Shown: one piece after another, positions 35,877 to 49,307 of the stretch
How the letters are laid out: every line of letters starts with the position of its first letter
Numbering within the stretch: position 1 is the first letter of the stretch
Notes under the pieces: model-generated
The model's database searches: none
The model's input: the letters and a program-made list of their open reading frames with translations, nothing else
What the model was told of the DNA's origin: nothing
Assembly: GCA_050261755.1 (NCBI GenBank)
Contig: JBLNDP010000021.1
Span: forward strand, 1 to 52,611
Direction of reading: 5' to 3'
DNA length: 52,611 bases
From: Clostridia bacterium
Lineage (GTDB): Bacteria > Pseudomonadota > Gammaproteobacteria > Burkholderiales > SG8-39
Made by a program: the position numbers and the translations under genes

Positions 35877-37015
35877 ATCCGCTGCTCGGCCGGCTGCAGC
35901 CCTATCCGTTCGAGCGCATGCGGACGCTGCTCGCCGGCGCCGTGCCCAATGCGAGGCTCAAGCCGATCGACCTGTCGATCGGCGAGCCCAAGCACCCGAC
36001 GCCGCAGCTGATCAAGGACGCGCTGGTCGCCGCGCTCGACGGCCTCGCCACCTACCCCAAGACCGCGGGGTCGCCCGAGCTGAGGAAAGCCATTTCCGAC
36101 TGGCTGGCGCGCCGGTACGGCATCCCTGCGCCCGATCCGGAGAAGGAGATCCTGCCGATCAACGGCTCCCGCGAGGCGCTCTTCGCCTTCGCGCAGACGG
36201 TCCTCGCGCCGGGCGGCAAGGTGGTGTCGCCGAACCCCTTCTACCAAATCTACGAAGGCGCGGCCCTTCTCGCAGGCTGCAGTCCTGTCTATGCCGAGAA
36301 CGTCGTCGAGCACGACGATTGGGCAGGCGTCCAGCTCGCGTACGTCTGCTCGCCCGGCAATCCCACGGGCAAGGTCCTTTCCTTCGGCGAGTGGAAGCGG
36401 CTCTTCGAGCTTTCGGACCGCCACGGCTTCATCATCGCCGCCGACGAGTGCTACTCCGAGCTCTACTACGGCAAGCCGTCGCTCGGCGCGCTTCAGGTCG
36501 CTTCAGAGCTGAAGCGATCCTTCAAGAACCTGGTCGTCTTCTCGAGCCTCTCCAAGCGCTCCAACGTCCCGGGAATGCGCTCGGGATTCGTCGCCGGGGA
36601 TGCCGGGCTCCTCAAGAGCTTCCTCCTGTACCGTACCTACCACGGCTCGGCCATGAGCGTGTCCGTGCAGAAGGCCTCCATAGCCGCCTGGCAGGACGAG
36701 AAGCACGTCGAGGAAAACAGGCGCCTCTACGCCGCCAAGTACCGGGCCGTATTGCCTTTGATTGAAAAGCCTTTGACTACGGAAATGCCCGACGGCGGCT
36801 TCTACCTCTGGATGCGCACGCCGATCGACGACCAGGCTTTCTGCCGCCGCCTGCACGAGGAGCGCAACGTGCTGGTCCTGCCGGGCAGCTTCCTCGCCCG
36901 GGACGGCCGGAACGGCAATCCCGGGCGCAACCACGTCCGCGTCGCCCTGGTGGCGCCGCTCGAGGAGTGCGTGGAGGCCGCCCAACGCATGATGGACTTC
37001 GCGAAGACCCTATGA
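35873..37015 (+). CDS. dapC: succinyldiaminopimelate transaminase
   Basis: This is the 3' end of the 1746-aa track ORF 31775..37015. From the in-frame TTG at 35873 (overlapping the queF TGA) it reads [20 protein letters not shown]...SIGEPKH...[16 protein letters not shown], a class I aminotransferase with a PLP lysine context. It lies upstream of dapD. The start codon is an inference. Confidence 0.85.
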   Translation: MNPLLGRLQPYPFERMRTLLAGAVPNARLKPIDLSIGEPKHPTPQLIKDALVAALDGLATYPKTAGSPELRKAISDWLARRYGIPAPDPEKEILPINGSREALFAFAQTVLAPGGKVVSPNPFYQIYEGAALLAGCSPVYAENVVEHDDWAGVQLAYVCSPGNPTGKVLSFGEWKRLFELSDRHGFIIAADECYSELYYGKPSLGALQVASELKRSFKNLVVFSSLSKRSNVPGMRSGFVAGDAGLLKSFLLYRTYHGSAMSVSVQKASIAAWQDEKHVEENRRLYAAKYRAVLPLIEKPLTTEMPDGGFYLWMRTPIDDQAFCRRLHEERNVLVLPGSFLARDGRNGNPGRNHVRVALVAPLEECVEAAQRMMDFAKTL

Positions 37016-37824
37016 CAACCCAACAAATCATCGACAACGGCTGGGAACAGCGCGCCAACTTCAACCCCTCCAACGCCCCGCGCGAGCTGCGCGATGCCGT
37101 CGAGGAGGTCATCGCCGGCCTGGACGCGGGGCGGCTCCGCGTCGCGGAGAAGAAAGGCGGCGAATGGGTCACCCACCAATGGGTCAAGAAGGCGGTGCTC
37201 CTCTCCTTCCGCCTGGAGGACAACCGCCCGATGGACGGCGGGTCGACGCGGTACTTCGACAAGGTGCCGACGAAATTCTCGAAGGATTTCGATTTCTCGA
37301 AAGGCGGCTTTCGCGTGGTTCCGCCGGCCATGGCGCGCCGCGGCGCGTTCATTGCAAAAAATGCCGTCCTCATGCCCTCGTACGTGAATATCGGTGCCTA
37401 CGTGGACGAAGGCACCATGGTGGATACCTGGGCGACCGTGGGCTCGTGCGCGCAGATCGGCAAGAACGTGCACCTTTCCGGAGGGGTCGGGATCGGCGGC
37501 GTCCTGGAGCCGTTGCAGGCCAACCCGGTGATCATCGAGGACAACTGCTTCATCGGCGCCCGCTCGGAGGTGGTCGAGGGCGTCATCGTGGAGGAAAACA
37601 GCGTCCTCTCCATGGGCGTGTACCTGGGCCAGAGCACGAAGATCCTGGACCGCGCCACCGGCAAGGTGACCTACGGGCGCGTGCCGGCGGGGTCGGTCGT
37701 CGTCTCCGGCAGCCTGCCCTCGCCCGACGGAAAGTACAGCCTGTACTGCGCGGTCATCGTCAAGCGGGTGGACGCCCAGACGCGTGCCAAAACGTCCCTC
37801 AACGAACTGCTGCGGGGCGATTAA
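37012..37824 (+). CDS. dapD: 2,3,4,5-tetrahydropyridine-2,6-dicarboxylate N-succinyltransferase
   Basis: Track ORF 36967..37824. ATG 37012 overlaps the dapC stop (ATGA) and gives [17 protein letters not shown]..., 270 aa with hexapeptide repeats. Confidence 0.95.
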   Translation: MTTQQIIDNGWEQRANFNPSNAPRELRDAVEEVIAGLDAGRLRVAEKKGGEWVTHQWVKKAVLLSFRLEDNRPMDGGSTRYFDKVPTKFSKDFDFSKGGFRVVPPAMARRGAFIAKNAVLMPSYVNIGAYVDEGTMVDTWATVGSCAQIGKNVHLSGGVGIGGVLEPLQANPVIIEDNCFIGARSEVVEGVIVEENSVLSMGVYLGQSTKILDRATGKVTYGRVPAGSVVVSGSLPSPDGKYSLYCAVIVKRVDAQTRAKTSLNELLRGD

Positions 37825-37856
37825 ACTAGGGCCGTAAGGATTCCAAGGGGGACGCG

Positions 37857-40224
<2,368 letters not shown>

Positions 40225-40243
40225 GGCGCGCGCGCCGATCCCC

Positions 40244-41071
40244 ATGTTGCTCGGCGAGCTCATCCGGGACACCGAGAAGCGATTCCGCGCGGCGAAGCTC
40301 TTCTACGGCCACGGCACGTCGAATGCGCGAGACGAGGCCGCCTATCTCGTTCTTCGGGCGCTGCGCTTGCCTTTCGATTCGCCTTTGGACCAGGCCGCCG
40401 CGCCGAAGGCTGTGAAGCACGTCGCGCCGCTGGTGCGAAGCCGGATAGAAAAGCGCATCCCGGTCGCGTATCTCCTGAACGAAGCGTGGCTCGACGGCCA
40501 TGCTTTCTATGTCGACCGCCGCGTCATCATCCCGCGCTCCCACATCGCCGAGCTGATCCGCGGCTGGCGCCCCGCCCCGAAAAGGATCCTGGACCTGTGC
40601 ACCGGCTCGGGATGCCTCGCCATCCTTGCGGCGCTCGCCTTCCCGAAGGCGCGGGTCGACGCCGTGGACCTGTCGAAGCCCGCGCTGCAGGTCGCCGCAA
40701 GGAACGTCTCCCGATACAAGCTCGCGAAGCGAGTGTCGCTGATCCATTCCGATCTCTTCGAGAACGTGAGCGGCAGGTACGACCTCATCGTCACGAACCC
40801 GCCGTACGTCGACCGCCGGGCGATGAAGGCGCTGCCGCGCGAGTACCGCTACGAGCCGGGGATGGCCCTCGCCGGCGGCCCGGATGGCCTTTCCCTGGTC
40901 AGAAGCATTGTCGAGAATGCACGAAAGCATCTGGCCCAGGACGGTGCGCTCGTCTGCGAGATCGGCGACGGCCGCAAAGCGCTCTTGCGCGCGTTCCCGC
41001 GCCTTCGGTTCCAGTGGCCCGAGACCGCCGCCGGATCGGGGCAGGTTTTCGTCCTGCGCGCGCCCTACTAA
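40244..41071 (+). CDS. prmB: 50S ribosomal protein L3 N5-glutamine methyltransferase
   Basis: 275-aa ORF. It carries ...FYGHGTSNARDEAAYLVL..., IPVAYLLNEAWLDGHAFYVDRRVIIPRS, the SAM motif LDLCTGSGCLAI and the catalytic VTNPPYV. Confidence 0.88.
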   Translation: MLLGELIRDTEKRFRAAKLFYGHGTSNARDEAAYLVLRALRLPFDSPLDQAAAPKAVKHVAPLVRSRIEKRIPVAYLLNEAWLDGHAFYVDRRVIIPRSHIAELIRGWRPAPKRILDLCTGSGCLAILAALAFPKARVDAVDLSKPALQVAARNVSRYKLAKRVSLIHSDLFENVSGRYDLIVTNPPYVDRRAMKALPREYRYEPGMALAGGPDGLSLVRSIVENARKHLAQDGALVCEIGDGRKALLRAFPRLRFQWPETAAGSGQVFVLRAPY

Positions 41072-41083
41072 GGAGAAGAAGCC

Positions 41084-42040
41084 GTGCCCCGCGTTCCCGT
41101 CCTGCTTTGGACCGACAACACTGCCCCTTACCTGGAGGCGATCAAGGCCGCCGGCGTGTCCGAGCGTGTCGAAGTCGATACGGTGCCGCGCAAGGAGAAG
41201 CCCTCGGCGGCGCAGCTCGCCAGGACCGAGGCGCTCATGGCGTACACGTCGCCGCCCGGCGTCCTGTCGGCCATGCCCAAGCTGCGCTGGCTCCAGGCCA
41301 TGACGGCGGGCGTGGAGGGCTGGCTCGCGCTTCCCGACCTGCCACAGGGCTTGGCGCTCACGTGCGCGCGCGGCACGCACGAGGAATCGATGCCCGAGAA
41401 CATCCTGGCCGCGATCTTCTACGTCGCGAAGCCGTACGCGATCGCCGCGGAAAACCAGAAGCGCGCAAAGTGGGTGCCGACGATGGCGCAGCCGCTGAGC
41501 GGCAAGACGCTCGGCATCCTCGGGCTCGGCGCGGTCGGCCAGCGCGTCGCCCCCCTCGCCTCGATGCTCGGCATGCGGGTCATCGGCACGCGGCGCGGCT
41601 CGGGAAGCCTAGCCCACGTCGCCGAGGTGCTTCCGCCCGCGCGCACGCCGGACGTGCTGGCGCAATCGGACTTCGTCCTCCTTCTCCTTCCCGCGACGCC
41701 TGAAACGGACAACTTCATGAACGCCGAGCGCCTCGCCATGATGAAGCCCTCGGCCTGGCTGCTGAATTTCGGCCGCGGCCACCTCATCCAGGACGCAGAC
41801 CTCGTCGCCGCGGTGAAAGCCGGCAAGATCGCCGGCGCGGTGCTCGACGTGTTCCGCCAGGAGCCGCTCCCCGCGGAGCACCCGTTCTGGACGACCGAGC
41901 GGATCCTCGTGCTGCCGCACATCGGCGGCCCGCATCCGCAGCGCGACCGGTTCGTCGCGCGGCTCTTCGCCGAGAACCTCGCGCGCTTCCTGGATGGAAA
42001 GCCGCTGCGCGAGCTCGTGGATCGCGCCGCCGGCTATTGA
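41084..42040 (+). CDS. D-isomer-specific 2-hydroxyacid dehydrogenase family protein (NAD-binding)
   Basis: 318-aa ORF with a GTG start following AAGGAGAAG. It has the Rossmann motif GKTLGILGLGAVGQRV and the catalytic context NFGRG...VLDVF..EPLP....LPHIGG. Confidence 0.85.
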   Translation: MPRVPVLLWTDNTAPYLEAIKAAGVSERVEVDTVPRKEKPSAAQLARTEALMAYTSPPGVLSAMPKLRWLQAMTAGVEGWLALPDLPQGLALTCARGTHEESMPENILAAIFYVAKPYAIAAENQKRAKWVPTMAQPLSGKTLGILGLGAVGQRVAPLASMLGMRVIGTRRGSGSLAHVAEVLPPARTPDVLAQSDFVLLLLPATPETDNFMNAERLAMMKPSAWLLNFGRGHLIQDADLVAAVKAGKIAGAVLDVFRQEPLPAEHPFWTTERILVLPHIGGPHPQRDRFVARLFAENLARFLDGKPLRELVDRAAGY

Positions 42041-42043
42041 ATG

Positions 42044-42121
42044 TGGGGTGAGCGATGGGAATTGAACCCACGACCCTCGGCTTCACAAACCGATGCTCTA
42101 ACCAACTGAGCTACGCTCACC
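42044..42121 (-). tRNA. tRNA-His (anticodon GTG)
   Basis: Hand-folded sequence: G(-1) GTGAGCG TA GCTC AGTTGGTTA GAGC A TCGGT TTGTGAA GCCGA GGGTC GTGGG TTCAATT CCCAT CGCTCAC C CCA. It has the His-specific extra 5' G opposite C73 and an encoded CCA. Confidence 0.93.
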
Positions 42122-42141
42122 GTCGGTGCTGCTCTAACTTT

Positions 42142-42218
42142 TGGCCTGCCCGGCGGGACTCGAACTCGCAACCCCCAGCTTAGAAGGCTGGTGCTCTATC
42201 CGGTTGAGCTACGGGCAG
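42142..42218 (-). tRNA. tRNA-Arg (anticodon TCT)
   Basis: Hand-folded sequence: CTGCCCG TA GCTC AACCGGATA GAGC A CCAGC CTTCTAA GCTGG GGGTT GCGAG TTCGAGT CCCGC CGGGCAG G CCA. The acceptor, D and anticodon stems pair perfectly. The T stem has one A-C mismatch, and the first pair is C1-G72. Confidence 0.85.
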
Positions 42219-42235
42219 CCGGGCAACCCTGCAAT

Positions 42236-42312
42236 TGGTCGGGGTGGCGTGATTTGAACACGCGACATCCTGCTCCCAAAGCAGGCGCGCTACCAGGCTG
42301 CGCTACACCCCG
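42236..42312 (-). tRNA. tRNA-Pro (anticodon TGG)
   Basis: Hand-folded sequence: CGGGGTG TA GCGC AGCCTGGTA GCGC G CCTGC TTTGGGA GCAGG ATGTC GCGTG TTCAAAT CACGC CACCCCG A CCA. C1-G72 is typical of bacterial tRNA-Pro. Confidence 0.93.
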
Positions 42313-42325
42313 CAAAAGGGGCCAA

Positions 42326-42354
42326 ATGATACTCTCGGCCCCCCTTTCCGGCAA
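42326..42354 (-). promoter_or_regulatory. candidate sigma70 promoter of the tRNA Pro-Arg-His operon
   Basis: On the minus strand: TTGCCG (42354-42349), a 17-nt spacer, TATCAT (42331-42326), then a GC-rich discriminator TTGGCCCC. The tRNA-Pro 5' end at 42312 lies 14 nt past the -10 element. Confidence 0.5.
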
Positions 42355-42425
42355 TTTACTTGGCTTGCCGCAAGGGGCTGTTTTCTGCTACAAAGTCGCC
42401 TCATTTTTTTAAGGCCGGACTCCAA

Positions 42426-42851
42426 ATGGCCGTAGAAATCACCCGCAAAAGCTTCACGCCCTATGTCGCGAAGAAGGGCGAGGAGTACATGAACGCGCAG
42501 CAGCGCAAGCACTTCCGCAAGATCCTGGAGGGTCTGAAGGCGGAGCTTGCCGAGGAGATCGACCGCACCGTCCACACGATGCAGGACGAGGCGACCGTCT
42601 TCGCCGACCCCAACGACCGGGCCAGCCAGGAGTCGGACATGGCGCTCGAGCTTCGCAACCGCGACCGCGAAAGAAAGCTGATCAAGAAGATCGACGAGAC
42701 GATCGCGCGGATCGACGCCAACGAGTACGGCTACTGCGACAGCTGCGGGGTCGAGATCGGCCTCAAGCGCCTCGAGGCGCGCCCCACCGCCACGCTCTGC
42801 ATCGACTGCAAGACCCTCGACGAGATGCGCGAGCGCCAGGTCGCGAAGTAG
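42426..42851 (+). CDS. dksA: RNA polymerase-binding transcription factor DksA
   Basis: Track ORF 42360..42851 has a TTG start. The internal ATG at 42426 gives 141 aa: ...GEEYMNAQQRKHFRKILE...ELRNRDRERKLIKKID...YGYCDSCGVEIGLKRLEARPTATLCIDC, i.e. a coiled coil with DxxDxA-type tip residues and a C4 zinc finger. Confidence 0.94.
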   Translation: MAVEITRKSFTPYVAKKGEEYMNAQQRKHFRKILEGLKAELAEEIDRTVHTMQDEATVFADPNDRASQESDMALELRNRDRERKLIKKIDETIARIDANEYGYCDSCGVEIGLKRLEARPTATLCIDCKTLDEMRERQVAK

Positions 42852-42865
42852 CTTCGCGGCATCCC

Positions 42866-42900
42866 AAACAAAACCCCGCCTCGGCGGGGTTTTTTGTTTT
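42866..42900. terminator. bidirectional intrinsic terminator between convergent dksA and pnp
   Basis: A CCCCGC/GCGGGG stem (42874-42889, loop CTCG) is flanked by an A-run on the left and TTTTTTGTTTT on the right, so it is U-tailed in both orientations. Confidence 0.85.
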
Positions 42901-42914
42901 CGGCCTGCGGCGCC

Positions 42915-45023
42915 CTACCCCTGCTTCGCCGCCTCCTGCTCCTTGCCGACGGCCTTCATGGAGAGGCGCACGCGTCCCTTGTCGTCCGCCTCGAGCACCT
43001 TGACCTTCACGATCTGGCCTTCCTTGAGGTGGTCGGACACGGCGTTGACGCGCTCGTTGCTGATCTGCGAGATGTGCAGCAGGCCGTCGCGTCCCGGCAG
43101 GAGCTGGACGATCGCGCCGAAGTCGAGCAGGCGCAGCACCGGGCCCTCGTAGACCTTGCCGACTTCCACGTCGGCGGTGATGTCCTGGATGCGCTTCCTG
43201 GCCGCCTCGCCGCCCTCCGCCTGCACGCAGGCGATGGAGATCGTGCCGTCGTCCTCGATCTCGATGGTGGTGCCGGTCTCCTCCTGGATGCCGCGGATGA
43301 CCACGCCGCCCTTGCCGATGACATCGCGGATCTTGTCCGGGTTGATCTTGATCTTGATGATGCGCGGCGCGAAGCTCGACAGCTCGCTGCGCGAGCCGCC
43401 CATCGCCTGCTTCATCTGCGCCAGGATGTGCAGCCGCGCCTCGCGCGCCTGGTCGAGCGCCACCTTCATGATGCCCTTGTTGATCGACTCGATCTTCAGG
43501 TCCATCTGCAGCGCGGTGAGCCCCTTCTCGGTGCCCGCCACCTTGAAGTCCATGTCGCCGAGGTGGTCCTCGTCGCCGAGGATGTCGGTGAGCACGGCAA
43601 AGCGGTTGCCTTCCTTGATGAGGCCCATGGCGATGCCGGCCACGTGGTCCTTGATCGGCACGCCGGCGTCCATCAGGGCGAGCGAGCCGCCGCACACCGA
43701 CGCCATCGACGAGGAGCCGTTCGACTCGGTGATCTCGGAAACGACGCGCAGCGAGTAGCCGAAGTCGGCCGCCGCCGGCAGCATGCCCACCAGCGAGCGC
43801 TTGGCGAGGCGGCCGTGGCCGATCTCGCGCCGCTTGGTGAAGCCGTAGCGGCCGGTCTCGCCGGTGGCGTACGGCGGCATGTTGTAGTGGAACATGAACC
43901 GCTCGCGGTACTCGCCCGACAGCGCGTCGATGATCTGCTCGTCGCGGCCGGTGCCGAGCGTCACGGTGACCAGGGCCTGCGTCTCGCCGCGCGTGAACAG
44001 CGCCGAGCCATGGGTCCGGGGCAGCACGCTGGTGCGGATGCTGATCGGCCGCACGGTGCGCGTGTCGCGGCCGTCGATGCGCGCTTCGCCGTCGAGGATC
44101 CTGTTGCGCACGATCTTCGACTCCAGCGCGAAGGTGATGTCGTTGACGGTGTTCGCGTCCGGCCCGCCCTCGGTGCCGACGCCGCAGGCCTCGTGCACCT
44201 TCTGGGCCACCGCCTTGAGCGCCTCGGAGCGGGCGCTCTTCTGCCGCAGGTCGAAGGCGGCGCGCAGGTCGGCTTCCGCCAGCTGCGCGATTTTCGCCGC
44301 GAGCGCCGCGTCCTTTTCCGGGGCCTTCCAGTCCCACGCCGGCTTGCCCGCCACTTCGGCGAGCTCCTCGATGGCGTTGATGACCGCCTGCATCTGCTCG
44401 TGGCCGTGGACAACGGCGCCCAGCATCACGTCCTCGGGCAGCTCGAGCGCCTCCGACTCGACCATCAGCACGCCCTGGCTGGTGCCGGCGACGACCAGGT
44501 TGAGCTGCGACTCCTTGAGCTGCGTCGCGGTGGGGTTGAGCACGTACTGGCCGTTGAGGTAGCCGACGCGGCACGCGCCGATCGGGCCGTTGAACGGGAT
44601 GCCGGAGAGGGTCAGCGCCGCCGAGACCGCGATCATCGCCGGGATGTCGGAGTCGACCTCCGGGTTGAGCGAAAGCACCTGAGCGACGACCTGCACCTCG
44701 TTGTAGAAGCCGTCGGGGAAGAGCGGCCGGATCGGCCGGTCGATGAGGCGGCTGGTCAGGGTTTCCTTCTCGGTGGGCCGCCCTTCGCGCTTGAAGAAGC
44801 CGCCGGGGATCTTGCCCGCGGCATAGGTCTTCTCGGCATAGTCGACGGTCAGGGGGAAGAAGCTCTGCCCGGGCTTGGCGTTCTTCGAGGCGGTGACCGC
44901 GGCCAGCACCACGGTGTCGTCCATCTTGCACAGCACGGCGCCGTGCGCTTGGCGGGCGATCTCGCCCGTCTCGAGCGTGACTTCGTGATCGCCGTACTTG
45001 AAGGTCTTGGAAATGGGGGTCAT
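42915..45023 (-). CDS. pnp: polyribonucleotide nucleotidyltransferase (PNPase)
   Basis: 702-aa ORF starting [26 protein letters not shown]. It has two RNase PH domains followed by KH ([16 protein letters not shown]) and S1 ([18 protein letters not shown]) domains. Confidence 0.97.
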   Translation of the reverse strand: MTPISKTFKYGDHEVTLETGEIARQAHGAVLCKMDDTVVLAAVTASKNAKPGQSFFPLTVDYAEKTYAAGKIPGGFFKREGRPTEKETLTSRLIDRPIRPLFPDGFYNEVQVVAQVLSLNPEVDSDIPAMIAVSAALTLSGIPFNGPIGACRVGYLNGQYVLNPTATQLKESQLNLVVAGTSQGVLMVESEALELPEDVMLGAVVHGHEQMQAVINAIEELAEVAGKPAWDWKAPEKDAALAAKIAQLAEADLRAAFDLRQKSARSEALKAVAQKVHEACGVGTEGGPDANTVNDITFALESKIVRNRILDGEARIDGRDTRTVRPISIRTSVLPRTHGSALFTRGETQALVTVTLGTGRDEQIIDALSGEYRERFMFHYNMPPYATGETGRYGFTKRREIGHGRLAKRSLVGMLPAAADFGYSLRVVSEITESNGSSSMASVCGGSLALMDAGVPIKDHVAGIAMGLIKEGNRFAVLTDILGDEDHLGDMDFKVAGTEKGLTALQMDLKIESINKGIMKVALDQAREARLHILAQMKQAMGGSRSELSSFAPRIIKIKINPDKIRDVIGKGGVVIRGIQEETGTTIEIEDDGTISIACVQAEGGEAARKRIQDITADVEVGKVYEGPVLRLLDFGAIVQLLPGRDGLLHISQISNERVNAVSDHLKEGQIVKVKVLEADDKGRVRLSMKAVGKEQEAAKQG

Positions 45024-45060
45024 GGGGAGGTCTTCGAAAATTCTCTAGTTGGGACCGCAG

Positions 45061-45085
45061 AAAACAAAAACGCCCACCGGTGGCG
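45061..45085 (-). terminator. rpsO intrinsic terminator-like hairpin (within the rpsO-pnp intergenic leader)
   Basis: Minus-strand RNA reads CGCCACC GGUGGGCG (one bulged G, CCGG loop) followed by UUUUUGUUUU. It lies 32 nt downstream of the rpsO stop. Confidence 0.6.
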
Positions 45086-45117
45086 ATGAGCGTTTCAGTG
45101 CTGCGGCATCGGGATGC

Positions 45118-45387
45118 TTATTTGCGCAGGCCGAGCTTGTCGATCAGGGTGCGGTACTTGTCCGCGTCCTTGACCTTCAGGTAGTCGAGCAGCTTCCGGC
45201 GCTGGCTGACGAGCTTGAGGAGCCCGCGCCGCGAGTGGAAGTCCTTCACGTGCGTCTTGAAATGCTCGGTCAGCCCGTTGATCCGCTCCGTGAGGAGCGC
45301 GACCTGGACTTCCGGCGAGCCGGTGTCGTTCCCGGCACGCTGGTAGCTCTTCACCACCTGCGCCTTCTGCGCGACCTGCAAAGCCAT
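45118..45387 (-). CDS. rpsO: 30S ribosomal protein S15
   Basis: 89-aa ORF, ...[53 protein letters not shown] lies 9 nt upstream of the ATG. Confidence 0.97.
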   Translation of the reverse strand: MALQVAQKAQVVKSYQRAGNDTGSPEVQVALLTERINGLTEHFKTHVKDFHSRRGLLKLVSQRRKLLDYLKVKDADKYRTLIDKLGLRK

Positions 45388-45426
45388 GCTCTCTTCTCCG
45401 CTTCTTCGTCTCTAAGTAAGCCCGCG

Positions 45427-45454
45427 ATTCTATCGCAGTTCGGCGCCCTTGCAC
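45427..45454 (-). promoter_or_regulatory. candidate rpsO promoter
   Basis: On the minus strand: GTGCAA (weak -35), a 16-nt spacer, TAGAAT (45432-45427), then GC-rich CGCGGGC. It sits in the 85-bp truB-rpsO spacer. The -35 element is poor. Confidence 0.35.
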
Positions 45455-45472
45455 AGGTTTTCGCCAGCTATT

Positions 45473-46351
45473 TCAGCCGCTTGCGCTAGCGGTCAGGCGC
45501 AGCGGCCGCAGGCGGCCGTCGCTCCCCTCGCCCAGGCCGATGACCTTGCCATCCGGCCCGTAGACGCCGCAAACCGGCCCGCTGGCCGCGTGACCCACCG
45601 TCTGCCCGTTCCTGAAGCGCGCGGCGGCATCGGTGTCCAAGTCTGCGCGCGGCAGCGCCTCCAGCAAGGCTTCCAGCCCGAGGAGGCGGCCGATCCGCTC
45701 CTGCGCCGGCAGCGAGGCGAGGCGCTCCGGCGTCGCCGCCTGCCCCACCGCGAAACGGCCGCTTGCGGTGCGCCGGAGCGCGGCGAGGTGCGCCACGGTG
45801 CCGAGGGCGACGCCGATGTCCTCGGCCAGCGTCCGGACGTACGTGCCCTTGCTGCAGCGGACGCGAAGCTCGACCGTCGGCTTTTCGATCCTCAGAACCT
45901 CGATTTCGTGGATGCGCACCTTGCGCGGCTTGCGCTCGAGGGCTTCGCCGCGGCGCGCCAGGACGTAGAGAGGCACGCCGCCGCGCTTGAGCGCCGAATG
46001 CATGGGCGGGACCTGCTCGATCTCGCCCCGGAACTGCTCGAGCACCGCTGGAAGCGTTTGCGCCAGCGCCTCGGGAACCGCCTTCGTCTCGAGCATTGCT
46101 CCCTCGGCATCGCCGGTGCTCGTGCGCTCGCCGAGCTTCACCGTGGCGACGTATTCCTTGTCCTCGTCGAGCAGGAAGGCGGCGAACTTCGTCGCTTCGC
46201 CGAAGAGCACGACCAGCAGCCCGGACGCGAGCGGGTCGAGCGTGCCCGCGTGGCCGGCCTTGCGGGCGGCGAAAAGCCTTTTGATTTCCTGCAGGACCGC
46301 ATTCGACGTTCGCCCGACCGGCTTGTCGACGAGGACCGCCCCGTCCATCAC
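45473..46351 (-). CDS. truB: tRNA pseudouridine(55) synthase
   Basis: 292-aa ORF, GAVLVDKPVGRTSNAVLQEIKRLFAARKAGHAGTLDPLASGLLVV (catalytic Asp motif). Its ATG overlaps the rbfA stop (ATGA). Confidence 0.94.
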   Translation of the reverse strand: MMDGAVLVDKPVGRTSNAVLQEIKRLFAARKAGHAGTLDPLASGLLVVLFGEATKFAAFLLDEDKEYVATVKLGERTSTGDAEGAMLETKAVPEALAQTLPAVLEQFRGEIEQVPPMHSALKRGGVPLYVLARRGEALERKPRKVRIHEIEVLRIEKPTVELRVRCSKGTYVRTLAEDIGVALGTVAHLAALRRTASGRFAVGQAATPERLASLPAQERIGRLLGLEALLEALPRADLDTDAAARFRNGQTVGHAASGPVCGVYGPDGKVIGLGEGSDGRLRPLRLTASASG

Positions 46352-46710
46352 TTCCTCGGATTGGCCTGGTCGATCAGCCGCGACAGGCGGTCGCCCCGCT
46401 CGACCGACTCGTCGTACTCGAAGCGCACCTCGGGCGTCGTGTAGAGCTTGAGGCGCCGCGCGAGCTGCGAGCGCAGGAAGCCGGACGAGCGCTTGAGCCC
46501 GATGAGGGTGGGCTCGAGGTCTTCTTTCTTCAACACCGTGAAGAAGACCTTCGCATGCGACAAATCCGGCGACACGTCGACCGACGTGATCGTCAGCATG
46601 CCCACCCGCGGATCGCGCACCTCGGTGCGCAGCAGCTCGGAGAGCTCCCGCTGGATCTGGTCGCCGAGCTTCTGCGGCCGGCCGGTGGCTTTTCCGGAGC
46701 TTCTTTTCAG
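46348..46710 (-). CDS. rbfA: 30S ribosome-binding factor RbfA (start codon non-canonical/uncertain)
   Basis: Track ORF 46348..46620 starts at a GTG inside the conserved ..EVRDPRVGMLTIT.. block. The open frame continues upstream as LKRSSGKATGRPQKLGDQIQRELSELLRTE, which aligns with the RbfA N-terminal helix. The only plausible initiator is CTG 46710. Confidence 0.8.
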   Translation of the reverse strand: MKRSSGKATGRPQKLGDQIQRELSELLRTEVRDPRVGMLTITSVDVSPDLSHAKVFFTVLKKEDLEPTLIGLKRSSGFLRSQLARRLKLYTTPEVRFEYDESVERGDRLSRLIDQANPRK

Positions 46711-46717
46711 AAAAGCC

Positions 46718-49306
<2,589 letters not shown>

Positions 49307-49307
49307 G

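Noticed and set aside
42044-42312. The tRNA cluster considered as a genomic-island integration hotspot.
   Set aside because: No integrase, phage or transposase genes lie on either side. The flanks are prmB/dehydrogenase and dksA/pnp core genes. I did not notice a duplicated tRNA 3' segment nearby. That check was by eye only; a repeat search would be needed for certainty.
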